Source: a virus (Duplodnaviria > Caudoviricetes). From it: a stretch of DNA of 64,000 bases. The notes beneath the pieces are model-generated. The model was not told where the DNA came from and did not search any database. It saw nothing but the letters and a program-made list of their open reading frames with translations. Location of the stretch: IMG/VR virus record IMGVR_UViG_3300035497_000162, positions 1 to 64,000 of that record. One strand, 5' to 3'. The position numbers were made by a program, and so were the translations under genes. This document shows positions 51,506 through 61,610 of the stretch, piece by piece (position 1 is the first letter of the stretch; every line of letters starts with the position of its first letter).

Positions 51506-51788
51506 TAATAAATTTGAGAATCTATGTGTAGACATAGTTAGAAATTATGCTTTAGCTCATTTAGATAAATCTGATGATACTCCAGAATTTGAAGTATATG
51601 TAGTATGGAGTTGTAAAACACTACAAAATAATAAGGCTTTGTTAAGCACTTCTCTTACAGATGGTATGTACTATGAACTTACTTATAATGGTGATGAAAA
51701 AGAATTATACTTTGATGCCTATAAAAAGTTTGAAAACCAATGTATCGAAATACCAGGTGTATACTACTTAAAGGGGGAAGATGTATAA
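51498..51788 (+). CDS. DUF6275-like phage protein
   Basis: VYVVWSCKTLQNNKALLST...DGMYYELTYNGD..ELY.DAYKK. Confidence 0.7.
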   Translation: MGNNKFENLCVDIVRNYALAHLDKSDDTPEFEVYVVWSCKTLQNNKALLSTSLTDGMYYELTYNGDEKELYFDAYKKFENQCIEIPGVYYLKGEDV

Positions 51789-53227
51789 TGAATATTCTGG
51801 AAACTGAAAAAACACCATTAGATATATTTTGTGAAGCTAGTGAAATATTAAACGAAGCAGTAGCTCACACTTTAGGTCCTAATGGAACTAATACAGCTAT
51901 ACAAAATAAAAACGGACATTATGAAATAATAAACGATGGTAAATCTATTATAGAAACCATTACTAGTTTAGATCCAGCAATAGCTCCTGCTTTAGAAACT
52001 TTAAAACAAGCTAGTTTTGAAACTAACAAAAAAGCTGGAGATGGAACTACTTCTACTACTATATTAATGAACAGTTTACTTCATGGAGCTAGAAAATACT
52101 TAAATACTATACACGAAGGATTATCTGTTCAAATAGATTTATTTGATTTAATAGATAGTAAATCTAATTATTACAAAATAACTCCTGTAGATTTAAGGAA
52201 CACTTTATTAAAAATAAAAGATGCTTTATTACTTAAATTAGATGAAAATAGAATAGAAATAACCGAGGAAGATTACGAAAAAGTAGCTACAGTGGCTTTA
52301 GGTGATGATAAATATTCTAAAATAATAGCTGATACCTATAAATTTTTAGGTAAAGGTAGGAGACCTACCTTAATAAAATCAGATACTTCTAATATAGAAG
52401 TAGAAAAAATAGATGGAATTAGTCTTACTAAAACTAGTATGGTTAGTAATTTATTTAATAATACTACAGAACATCATGATATAGATGTTATATGTCTATT
52501 TAGCCCAGTAAATAGATTTCAAGAAATGACTCAATTTTTAAGAAAAGTTCAACAATCTGGAAGAGAAACTATATTATTTTATAACCAACTATCTTCTGAT
52601 ATATTAGAAAATATTTTATTTAACTATACTAATGGAGCTATTAAACTTATACCTATTTCTTTACAAGGATATGGTAAGGGTACTTACTCAGTAATGACAG
52701 AATTAGCTGACTACTGTGAATGTTCTATTATTGATAATAATGAATTTAAAATATCTGACGTAAATAAAATTACTTTAGGTAAAATTGATTATTCTGTCAT
52801 CAATTCAGACCAAGTCATTCTGAAAAAAAATTCTAAAAAATTAGAAAAAAACTATTTACATTTAGATGAAAAAAGTATAATAATACACATAGGAGGAACT
52901 AACATACTAGAAAGAGAGGAGGTTTACAGAAGAATAGAAGATGCTATAAATAGTCTAGGTAATGCTATAGATTATGGTATTGTACCTGGTGCTGGAGTAA
53001 CCTACTCTAACCTACTAAACTTAGTTCTGAACGATGAAAACATTAATATAGAAATTCCAGATTTTGTAAAAACTTCTATGAATTTAATTAGAAAAACAAT
53101 CAATGCTTCAGATACTTCTAATATTTACGACTCAGCTATGGTAACTAAAGAAGTTATCGAAAACGCATTTACTATAGTTTCTCAAGTTATAACTACACAC
53201 GTAGTAATACACGACAACATAAGATAA
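51788..53227 (+). CDS. groEL: phage chaperonin, GroEL-like
   Basis: TLGPNG, INDG.SI, AGDGTTST, IEDAI, GIVPGAG. Confidence 0.88.
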   Translation: MNILETEKTPLDIFCEASEILNEAVAHTLGPNGTNTAIQNKNGHYEIINDGKSIIETITSLDPAIAPALETLKQASFETNKKAGDGTTSTTILMNSLLHGARKYLNTIHEGLSVQIDLFDLIDSKSNYYKITPVDLRNTLLKIKDALLLKLDENRIEITEEDYEKVATVALGDDKYSKIIADTYKFLGKGRRPTLIKSDTSNIEVEKIDGISLTKTSMVSNLFNNTTEHHDIDVICLFSPVNRFQEMTQFLRKVQQSGRETILFYNQLSSDILENILFNYTNGAIKLIPISLQGYGKGTYSVMTELADYCECSIIDNNEFKISDVNKITLGKIDYSVINSDQVILKKNSKKLEKNYLHLDEKSIIIHIGGTNILEREEVYRRIEDAINSLGNAIDYGIVPGAGVTYSNLLNLVLNDENINIEIPDFVKTSMNLIRKTINASDTSNIYDSAMVTKEVIENAFTIVSQVITTHVVIHDNIR

Positions 53228-53331
53228 CGTAATATAATAAAATAAGGAAAATTTAAACATAGTAATAAATATAAATATACGAATCGATAAAGTTGTCAAG
53301 CTTATTAACTTAAAGAGAGGAAGATTTAACG

Positions 53332-54030
53332 ATGAAAAATAAGTTTGCAAATAAAACACCAATGGAACTAACACCTGAAGAACTACTAGAATTAACAGAA
53401 CAAATTTCTTATATAGAATACTCTAGAAGGAGCGATATTAGAAAGTTACAAGATTATAGAGATGGAGCTCAAGAATTACTTACATACTGGTATGAGAAAT
53501 CTGCTAGAGGTAAAACTGGTATCAATGAAATAAAACAAAAATATAATAATATGGCTCATTTTACTAACTTATTACATTTTGAAAGTAGAAATGGTATTAA
53601 TTATATTATTAGAAAAAAGAAAACACAAATTCATCTATATAATACAGATTCATTAGAACAGTCAGTAAGATTAGAAAACTCTAGTGAAAGTGGTAAAGTA
53701 TTATTAGATACAATACCAGACAGAACCCATATTAGACAAATAGAAGATAGTCTAGATATAGACTTAATTTTATCTAGAATAGATAATACTATAAAACCAG
53801 ATTATATTATAAAATATAATGATAAAGATTTATATAAGTTTAGCTATAGAAACTTAGCTAAAACTTATTTAGATTTATTTAGAGGTGTTAAAATTTCTAA
53901 TAAAGATTTAGATGGTGTACTAATTAAGTCTGAGGATAATACACCTTTAAATAAAGAAGAAATTAAATCTATAATGCATGACTTTAAAAACTATATTAAA
54001 AATAGTAATATTTTAGGAGGTGCTTACTAG
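53332..54030 (+). CDS. possible sigma-factor-like protein
   Basis: D.AQE...F..L....SRNGI.YIIR...SLEQ spacing recalls sigma70 regions 2-3; weak. Confidence 0.4.
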   Translation: MKNKFANKTPMELTPEELLELTEQISYIEYSRRSDIRKLQDYRDGAQELLTYWYEKSARGKTGINEIKQKYNNMAHFTNLLHFESRNGINYIIRKKKTQIHLYNTDSLEQSVRLENSSESGKVLLDTIPDRTHIRQIEDSLDIDLILSRIDNTIKPDYIIKYNDKDLYKFSYRNLAKTYLDLFRGVKISNKDLDGVLIKSEDNTPLNKEEIKSIMHDFKNYIKNSNILGGAY

Positions 54031-54311
54031 TGAAATTAACACAAGACTGGATGATAGTTCAGGAAATTCAAAAAGACTTTATAATAGATGGACTATTACA
54101 AAAATACGATGATTCAGACCCTATAATGTTAGTAAAAGTATTACAAGCTAATAGCTTAGTAGAAAGTGATATTACATCTATAACTGGAACTTTAGAAAAT
54201 GCTATCTTATTAATAAATAGATGTAATAAAACAGCTTGGCATGGTAACTATTTAGCTAAAGGTGAAAATATCATAGCTATAATGACTAAAGATGAGTTAA
54301 ATCAACTTTAA
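54030..54311 (+). CDS. small protein, possible GroES-like co-chaperonin
   Basis: 93 aa, MKLTQDWMIVQ...ENIIAI ends, near groEL; weak. Confidence 0.35.
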   Translation: MKLTQDWMIVQEIQKDFIIDGLLQKYDDSDPIMLVKVLQANSLVESDITSITGTLENAILLINRCNKTAWHGNYLAKGENIIAIMTKDELNQL

Positions 54312-54326
54312 AGGAGGAACCTACTT

Positions 54327-54689
54327 ATGGAAGAAAACAATGAAGTTAAAATGAACCCAGAAGATTTAAAACTATTAATAGAGCAGAATGAATATCTTAA
54401 ATACGTTTTAAAAATCATGAACGATATTCCACTAGATGATGAAACTGAAGTAGACTATCAAGAATTATGGAATAAAGTATCTTTAACTAAAAATATAGAC
54501 CCTGGAGAAGTAAATTCTGATGCTATATACTTTTACTACATGTTATTATCTACTGGTCTAGATAACTTTGGTGAAGGATTTATAAGACATATGAGTAATA
54601 CAGCTAATGAACCATACTTAGCTTATGCTATAAAATGTTTATTAGCTGCAATGACTCAATATGAAGAAAATTCTAATTCAGATAACTAA
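54327..54689 (+). CDS. hypothetical protein
   Basis: ORF with AGGAGG RBS. Confidence 0.55.
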   Translation: MEENNEVKMNPEDLKLLIEQNEYLKYVLKIMNDIPLDDETEVDYQELWNKVSLTKNIDPGEVNSDAIYFYYMLLSTGLDNFGEGFIRHMSNTANEPYLAYAIKCLLAAMTQYEENSNSDN

Positions 54690-54789
54690 TAATTTAATCT
54701 AAGTGCATAATATATACTAGGATAGCAAATTAGCCTCTAAGAGCTTTAGCATTATCCTAGTATATTTTTATTTTATAGGAGGAATTTTT

Positions 54790-55758
54790 ATGAATGATGA
54801 ATTAGAAAACCAAATGAAAATGTTAGAAGGGATAGACTTCGATAATCTTAGTACTGTTGAAACAGCAGATACTTTATTAGGTAACCAACCACTAGAGCCT
54901 ACACCACAGTTAAATTCAAATACTATAGTATCACAGTCAGTACAACCTACAGCAACTACACCTAACGTAGTAACTAAGACTACCTTAGATACTAGCACAG
55001 TCAATCCAAATACTGTAGTACCACAACCAATACAACTAGATATGAACGCAGCCCCTGTATTTGTTAATCTAGGTGAAAGTACTCAAATGACTAAAACTAA
55101 TTTCTTAAAACTTAAAGAAAACGAATGTACTAGAGCAACTATCATTAATTACAATGCTTCTGGTACTCACTTCCACTATGAACCTGGCTTAGGATATTTT
55201 AAATGCTTATCTGAATATACTCCAGATAATCCTAATTACCCAGCTATTAAAGGTATCTGTTGTTTACAACCAGATGAAAAAAGTAAAATTGGTATCGTAG
55301 GTAAAGGTAAAACTAAAGTATTTTTACCTGTAATAGAATATCCAGTATCTCATACTGATGGTAAAACATTAGAACCAGGTAAAAAACCTACTCTTAAAGT
55401 ATTAGCTTTAAGTGGTCAAGAATATCAAACTTTATTCGAGATTAAAAAAGAATATGGTGACGATACTTCTACTTTTGACTTATCAATATCTCGTAAAAGA
55501 AGTGATAGAGGTGGTTTCTTAGAGTATACTATTACACCGGGCCCTTCTTGGAGATCTAGATTTTTAGCAGATATTCAAGTAGAAGCTTCTAAAATTACTA
55601 ACGAAACTTACAACTTAGCTTCTGAAGAATTCGCTAAAACTCTTTCAGTAGAACGTGTACAAAGATTCTATGCTGAAAAAGCTAAACAAGATTTAATGGC
55701 TACTCAAATAGCTAATCAACAAGTTCCAGGAGTAGATTCTCTATTTCCACAAATGTAG
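54790..55758 (+). CDS. gp32-like single-stranded DNA-binding protein
   Basis: HFHY..G..YFKC...CC, PVIEY, FDLSISR...Y.ITP. Confidence 0.55.
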   Translation: MNDELENQMKMLEGIDFDNLSTVETADTLLGNQPLEPTPQLNSNTIVSQSVQPTATTPNVVTKTTLDTSTVNPNTVVPQPIQLDMNAAPVFVNLGESTQMTKTNFLKLKENECTRATIINYNASGTHFHYEPGLGYFKCLSEYTPDNPNYPAIKGICCLQPDEKSKIGIVGKGKTKVFLPVIEYPVSHTDGKTLEPGKKPTLKVLALSGQEYQTLFEIKKEYGDDTSTFDLSISRKRSDRGGFLEYTITPGPSWRSRFLADIQVEASKITNETYNLASEEFAKTLSVERVQRFYAEKAKQDLMATQIANQQVPGVDSLFPQM

Positions 55759-55833
55759 TAAAAATTATTTGCAAACTTAAAAGAGTAGATTTTTATTTAT
55801 CTGCTCTTTAATTTTTATAGTGCCTAGATTAAC

Positions 55834-55890
55834 TAGAATCAAAATAAAGACACTTTAATATTAAAGTAATATAATTTCATTACCTAATTT
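55834..55890. repeat. palindromic element, core in reverse orientation
   Basis: GTAATATAATTTCATTAC is the reverse complement of the reference core GTAATGAAATTATATTAC. Confidence 0.7.
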
Positions 55891-55906
55891 AGAAAGGAGT
55901 TTAATT

Positions 55907-56086
55907 ATGAGAGATATAGAAAGAATAGAACCTATATGTAATACAATTAAAGAAATTTGGACTGAAAATCCAGACTTAAGATTAGGTCAACTACTATGTA
56001 ACGTAATACCAGAAGGATATATCTATTTTATAGAAGATGATGACCTTATTAATACTATTAAAAACTATTACAAAGGAGGAATTTAA
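55907..56086 (+). CDS. small conserved phage protein
   Basis: Not in ORF track; MRD..RI...W..NPDLRLGQLL...YFIEDD. Confidence 0.7.
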   Translation: MRDIERIEPICNTIKEIWTENPDLRLGQLLCNVIPEGYIYFIEDDDLINTIKNYYKGGI

Positions 56087-56087
56087 T

Positions 56088-56687
56088 ATGGATGACGTAA
56101 ATCAACATAAAATTTATGTTACCTTAGGTGCTAGTAATCATTGTAAAGATGATAGAGCAGACCTGGATTTTTATAATACTAACCCCGAAGCTGTAAAGGT
56201 TTTACTAAATAAACTTAAAGAAGATAACATAGAACTACACCAAACTATTTGGGAACCCGCTTGTGGTAATGGTCTTATTAGTAAAGTATTAGAAGAATAT
56301 GGATATAACGTAATATCTTCAGATATAGTAGAGAGAGAGTACTCAAATATGATTATTAGAGATTTTTTAACTTATAATGAACCGATGAATACTCAAGTAG
56401 ATATTTTAACAAACCCACCTTATAAATATGCACAACAATTCGTAGAAAAAGCTTTAAGCTTACAAGATGATGGTTATTACACTATTATGTATCTAAGAAT
56501 ACAGTTTTTAGAAGGTAAAGCTAGATATAAATTATTTCAAGAGTACCCACCTAAATATGTATACGTTAATTCTACTAGAAGAGGTTGTAGTAAGGATAAT
56601 AATTTTAGTGGTGGTGCAGTTTGTTTTTGCTGGTTTATTTGGGAGAAAGGATTTACTGGAGAACCTATAATCAGATGGCTAAAATAA
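56088..56687 (+). CDS. DNA adenine methyltransferase
   Basis: DFYNT.P, WEPACG.G, TNPPY. Confidence 0.85.
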   Translation: MDDVNQHKIYVTLGASNHCKDDRADLDFYNTNPEAVKVLLNKLKEDNIELHQTIWEPACGNGLISKVLEEYGYNVISSDIVEREYSNMIIRDFLTYNEPMNTQVDILTNPPYKYAQQFVEKALSLQDDGYYTIMYLRIQFLEGKARYKLFQEYPPKYVYVNSTRRGCSKDNNFSGGAVCFCWFIWEKGFTGEPIIRWLK

Positions 56688-56718
56688 ATAGTCATAGAAA
56701 GTCACAGAACAATCATAG

Positions 56719-56772
56719 GAGCATTTTATTATCTAAGTAATATAATTTTATACCTTAAATAATAAAATGCTC
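56719..56772. repeat. palindromic element, divergent reverse copy
   Basis: GAGCATTTTATTAT / ATAATAAAATGCTC arms around AAGTAATATAATTT. Confidence 0.6.
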
Positions 56773-56802
56773 AAATTTTTAATTTAAAAGGAGGTAATAA
56801 TA

Positions 56803-57435
56803 TTGTCTAATACTAAAATAAATCACTTTATGGGAATCGATCCATCTTACAAAGGTTTTGGTTTATCTTTCATAAATTCTGAAAATAAAACTATTACTTT
56901 TAAAGAATTATCTGTTGAACTAGGTCATGGAACTTTTGCTGAAGTATGTAAAGCTTCTGAAGATATGGTCGATAAATTTCTTACAGAAGCAAAAGACTTT
57001 ATTAGATGTAATGTAATGATAGGAATGGAAATTCCTCCGGTACAAGGAATGTATGCTGTTAAGTTATGGGCTTTAGATACCCACATTTATAACTCATTAG
57101 TTTTTACTGAACCTTACTTATTTAATGTATCATATCTAAAATTTATTAATAAAAAATATGAAGGTAAAAAAGATACTATTAATATGATAAATCAAATACT
57201 AGAATCATTTAAAGATAATGGTTACACTATAATACAAGATTTAAAAGATAAAAAAGGTAAACCTCGTAAACTTACCTCTAATGAATGCGATAGTTTTATC
57301 TATACTATTAGAATGTTTGTTAAATACCACTACGACAATGGAATAGAAAATCCAATGTTAGCTGAAATCATAAATATTAATGATAAATTTTTAGTAGAAA
57401 AAGAAACTTTATTAGGAAAAAAGATAGTAGATTAA
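56803..57435 (+). CDS. RuvC-like Holliday junction resolvase
   Basis: MGIDPS..GFG, IGME, N.CDS acidic triad pattern. Confidence 0.7.
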   Translation: MSNTKINHFMGIDPSYKGFGLSFINSENKTITFKELSVELGHGTFAEVCKASEDMVDKFLTEAKDFIRCNVMIGMEIPPVQGMYAVKLWALDTHIYNSLVFTEPYLFNVSYLKFINKKYEGKKDTINMINQILESFKDNGYTIIQDLKDKKGKPRKLTSNECDSFIYTIRMFVKYHYDNGIENPMLAEIININDKFLVEKETLLGKKIVD

Positions 57436-57471
57436 ATATGAAAATTACAATATAAATTTATAAAATAGTAG

Positions 57472-57576
57472 CGTTCAAAAAAATACCTGACTCGTTCAAA
57501 AAAATACCTGACTCGTTCAAAAAAATACCTGACTCGTTCAAAAAAATACCTGACTCGTTCAAAAAAATACCTGACT
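57472..57576. repeat. five perfect 21-bp iterons; putative replication origin
   Basis: CGTTCAAAAAAATACCTGACT x5, followed by AT-rich tract and hairpins CCGAGTC/GACTCGG and GTGGGAGC/GCTCCCAC. Confidence 0.85.
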
Positions 57577-57960
57577 CAAAAATTTTGTGTCTTGTAATCT
57601 TAGGGAGATAAGGCTTTCAAGACTTCTTATGCTTCCGTATAAATAATATTATAAATATATATTATAAATAAAAATTATAAAGAGTGGTTATACCGAGTCG
57701 AGACTCGGATTTTTTTCACTTCTTCTTTTTCTTTTATTTTTCATTAAAATAAAATGAGTGGGAGCTTCGCTCCCACGAAAAGAATTAGTTAGAAATTAAA
57801 AATATAAAATTAAACTTTTAAAGTTAAACTTTTAAAGTTAATAGCATAATATAAATAAAGAGGTTTATTAAAATTAAAACGATGATTGTGGCGTGATATA
57901 TAAACTTTATAGTAAAGTTTTACTATCAAATAAAAATAAAGAATAAAGGAGATTACAATT

Positions 57961-58755
57961 ATGAAAAATGAAGGACTTAGTATTCCATATTTTATTTTAA
58001 ACAAAAGAGAATTTAACTCAACAGATAAAATAGTATTAGGATTTTTAATAAAAAATAATAATAAAAGGGATTATTATACTATAAAAGATTTAATAAAATT
58101 TACTTCTTTACCAAGATTAACTTTATTAAGAAGTTTAGAAAAATTAAATAAGATACAAATTATTTATTTTAATAAAAATGATGAATCTTGTTATATTGAC
58201 ATTAATTATGAGATTAATAGAATTCAATTATATAAAATATTAAAAGATAAATATAAAAAATTATATATTCCTAGGAATATTTTATTTAATAAAGATTTAA
58301 CTAGTACAGAAAAATTAATACTATCTTATCTAACAGCATTTGAAAGAAGTAAAAAGAATTGTTTTACTAGAAATAAAACTATTTTAGAAACTTTAGGAAT
58401 TAGTAAATCAGTATTAAATAAATCTATAGAAAAGTTTAAATCTTTAGGTTTAATTGGTGTTCAAGGAAAAAATGATAAGTATAATTGTAATAGAGTTATT
58501 AAAGCAGATTTAGATAAAATACATAATTATTATGAAAATGTAAAAATAGGTAAAATTGAAACTGAAGAGGTTAATATAGAAACTGTTGATAATATTAATG
58601 AATTAAAAACTAAAATTATGAATATTAATACTATGAAAGCTGAAAATAATGTAGAAATTAAATTACCTGATAATATTACCATTGAAGATGTGGAATTTCT
58701 AATGAATAAATTAAAAGATAATTTTAATTTAAATAGTTTTAGTTTGAGATTATAA
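57961..58755 (+). CDS. tandem winged-helix protein, putative replication initiator
   Basis: Two IP..IL....L.ST.K..L..L...HTH repeats; lies just downstream of the iterons. Confidence 0.65.
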   Translation: MKNEGLSIPYFILNKREFNSTDKIVLGFLIKNNNKRDYYTIKDLIKFTSLPRLTLLRSLEKLNKIQIIYFNKNDESCYIDINYEINRIQLYKILKDKYKKLYIPRNILFNKDLTSTEKLILSYLTAFERSKKNCFTRNKTILETLGISKSVLNKSIEKFKSLGLIGVQGKNDKYNCNRVIKADLDKIHNYYENVKIGKIETEEVNIETVDNINELKTKIMNINTMKAENNVEIKLPDNITIEDVEFLMNKLKDNFNLNSFSLRL

Positions 58756-58773
58756 TTTTAGATATACGAAATT

Positions 58774-58862
58774 GGAATGTGAATATATCTATTTTCACTT
58801 TTAATATTAAAGTAATGAAATTATATTACTTAATATATAAAGTGTCTTAAAAACTTATTCTA
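58774..58862. repeat. palindromic element copy
   Basis: TTTTAATATTAAAGTAATGAAATTATATTACTTAATATATAAAGTGTCTTAAAA identical to reference. Confidence 0.85.
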
Positions 58863-58909
58863 ATACTTTATAAAAAATAAACATATTATAATTATAAGGA
58901 GATGATATT

Positions 58910-60226
58910 ATGGCAAAAGAAATAAAATCTATAGAAGATTTATCTTCTGAGTTTAATTTATGGAATGAAGAGCCAAAAATAGTGAAATTAAAAAATCCAA
59001 TATTAAATGGAATGTTTCATGGAGGATTACCTCTAGGTAGTGTTATACAAATAGCTGCTCAATCTGGAGTAGGTAAATCTACTTTAGCTATACAAATTTC
59101 TAAGGAACTGTGTGAACTTGGATATAAAGTATCTTATATAGATGCAGAAAAGGGTTTAAACGTAAACATGTTAAAATCTACTGGTATTTATAAATTCGTA
59201 CATAGTAAAAATAATCCAGATGGAACTTTTTCTATACTTAGAATAAATGATTGTACCCAAGTAAACCTTGCTATACAACAGTTAAGTAATAATAAATTAG
59301 TAGATGTAGTAATACTAGATAGTTTAGGTTCATTAGATTCTGGTTTATATAAAGAAGGTGGAGTAGAAGCTGATAATCCTAAAGTAGGAGCTGATACTAA
59401 AAGTTTAAAGATTATTATGAAAACTATGAATTCTATGGCTATAAGTAATAATACTACTTTTATTTTTATAAATCATTTAGCTCAGTCTATAGGTACTTAT
59501 ATACCTACAGAAAGCCCTACAGGGGGTAGAGCCCCTATTTATCTTTCTGACATTATAATAAAGCTAACTAAAAAATCTAGTGATTTTGAAAAATTAAGAC
59601 TAGGACAGAAAGTAGAATATGAAGCTATGAAATCTAGATTTGGTCCTGGAAAGTCTAAAATGCCTTTTTATATTTTCTATGGCCAAGGTATTTGTTTAGC
59701 TCCTACTTATCGAGAATTTATAGACCAAGTAGATACTATTTATAAAGGTAAACCTCATAAATTAGTAGAATTAAGAGGTGCTGGTAACGGCTCTATGTTT
59801 ATTAATGATGAAGAAGTTAAATTTAGAGGCGAAAACCAACTTATGAATTTAATAGGTAAAAATTTAAAAGAAATTATGAGGATTGTTCCAGAAGATGTAT
59901 TTATTGTAAAACCTCCAGAATTACCTGATTATATAAAGTCTAGTATAGATACTGAAAAAGCTGTTTATAATGAATTAGAATTACCAGATAAATTTAAAGA
60001 TTTAGAAATATTATATAGTAGTGGTACTAAAGTATATTTTCATAAAGGAATAGATCCTACAGGTCAAGAATATAGTTTATCTTATGATATAGCTAAGGAT
60101 AAACTAATACTAAATATGGATGGTATAGAAGATACTATTAAATCTCCTAGTAAAGAAGATTATAATAGTAATTTAGAAGTACTTAATAATTATTTGGATA
60201 AAACTAAAAAAGAAATGGAGTCTTAG
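58910..60226 (+). CDS. recA: RecA/UvsX-like recombinase
   Basis: GGLPLG, AQSGVGKST, YIDAE, ILDSL, IFINH, PTGGRA. Confidence 0.88.
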   Translation: MAKEIKSIEDLSSEFNLWNEEPKIVKLKNPILNGMFHGGLPLGSVIQIAAQSGVGKSTLAIQISKELCELGYKVSYIDAEKGLNVNMLKSTGIYKFVHSKNNPDGTFSILRINDCTQVNLAIQQLSNNKLVDVVILDSLGSLDSGLYKEGGVEADNPKVGADTKSLKIIMKTMNSMAISNNTTFIFINHLAQSIGTYIPTESPTGGRAPIYLSDIIIKLTKKSSDFEKLRLGQKVEYEAMKSRFGPGKSKMPFYIFYGQGICLAPTYREFIDQVDTIYKGKPHKLVELRGAGNGSMFINDEEVKFRGENQLMNLIGKNLKEIMRIVPEDVFIVKPPELPDYIKSSIDTEKAVYNELELPDKFKDLEILYSSGTKVYFHKGIDPTGQEYSLSYDIAKDKLILNMDGIEDTIKSPSKEDYNSNLEVLNNYLDKTKKEMES

Positions 60227-60257
60227 AATTATAATTTAGATATATGAAATTTTAATC

Positions 60258-60338
60258 AGAATGAAGATATAGACATTTTAATATTAAAGTAATGAAATTA
60301 TATTACTTAGTATATAAAGCGTCTTAAAATTCATTCTA
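60258..60338. repeat. palindromic element copy
   Basis: Differs from 14378-14459 at only a few positions; followed by the same TAAGGAG RBS. Confidence 0.85.
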
Positions 60339-60352
60339 ATAAGGAGTAATTT

Positions 60353-61540
60353 ATGAATTTTAAAGTAAACATAAAAGATTATCAAATTATCAAAAAAGCA
60401 TCTTTAGAGTTTATACCAGGGCTTAATGTAATAGTAGGTCCTAGTAATAATGGAAAATCTAGTATTTTGAAAGCTATAAAAGCTTGTATTTATACTGTAC
60501 CTGGAGCTAATCCTATTAGGGCAGGACAAAATCAATACTTAGTAGGTATAGAATATAATGGTCATACTGTAATATTACAAAAAGGACTTAAAGAGTCCGT
60601 TTATATAGTAGATGGAGAAAAGTATACTAAATATGGAACTACTACTCCAAAGGTTGTATCAGATGCTTTAGGTTTAAAGGAGTTAGTATTAAATAATAAT
60701 AAAGAAATATTAAATTATTGGAATCAGATGGATTATCCTTTTTTAATAGACAGAACTTCAGTGGAGTTATTTAGGTTTATAGTAGACTCTGGAGAAAATG
60801 ATAGAGTATCAGATGCTTTAAAAAGCATGGTATCTGATAGGCAGTCTATTTCAAAAGATATTAATTTAATTCAAGGTGGTATAGATACTGTAGACTTAGA
60901 AATTAAGTCTTATAAGGACAAATTAGATAAATCTAAAGAAATTATTGATACGTGTAATAGTATTATAAAATTACAACCTTTGGTAGCTAAATTAAACTTA
61001 ATGAAAAATATTAAGGAGTCTTGCTCTAAAATATTATCAGATTTATCTAAAACAAATGAAGAATTAGTTAAAAAATCTAATATTTTAGATATTTATACTA
61101 ATTTCAATAAATCTATTACAGGAAATAATAATAAATATTGTGCTTTAGTAGATAAATTTAATATATTACGTTCTATTATAGAAAATTTATCTACTGTAGA
61201 ATCTAAAATTAATTCATTAAAAATTATTTTAAGCTTATCTTCAATAGACACATCAGGATTAAATTTAAGGAAAGAAATTTTAAATAAGATAAATTATATT
61301 AATAATGAATTAAAATCTCTTAAATCTCAACCTAGTGCTAAATTTGATATATCTAATGATACTATTGAAAGGTATTTTAATTTAAAAAATATAAAAGATA
61401 AATTAATAGATTTTGATAATCAAAAAATAAGATTAGAAGATAGTAAATTAAATTGTGATAATAGCATAGAATTATATAAGGAATTAAAATTACTTTTTGA
61501 TTTTTGCCCTTATTGTGGTAGTGGGCTATCAACTACCTAA
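60353..61540 (+). CDS. SbcC/Rad50-like ATPase, N-terminal half
   Basis: GPSNNGKSS Walker A, Q-loop, coiled coil, CPYCG zinc hook. Confidence 0.85.
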   Translation: MNFKVNIKDYQIIKKASLEFIPGLNVIVGPSNNGKSSILKAIKACIYTVPGANPIRAGQNQYLVGIEYNGHTVILQKGLKESVYIVDGEKYTKYGTTTPKVVSDALGLKELVLNNNKEILNYWNQMDYPFLIDRTSVELFRFIVDSGENDRVSDALKSMVSDRQSISKDINLIQGGIDTVDLEIKSYKDKLDKSKEIIDTCNSIIKLQPLVAKLNLMKNIKESCSKILSDLSKTNEELVKKSNILDIYTNFNKSITGNNNKYCALVDKFNILRSIIENLSTVESKINSLKIILSLSSIDTSGLNLRKEILNKINYINNELKSLKSQPSAKFDISNDTIERYFNLKNIKDKLIDFDNQKIRLEDSKLNCDNSIELYKELKLLFDFCPYCGSGLSTT

Positions 61541-61577
61541 AGGAAAGAACAAAGAATTTAAATCACTAGGGTTTGAA

Positions 61578-61610
61578 TTAAATGAAGTGGTTTATACCTT
61601 GTAATAAAAC
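61578..61610 (+). repeat. minimal guide-scaffold remnant
   Basis: TTAAATGAAGTGGTTTATACCTT joined directly to repeat end GTAATAAAAC. Confidence 0.6.

Noticed and set aside
57472-57576. CRISPR array
   Set aside because: Perfect tandem units with no spacers
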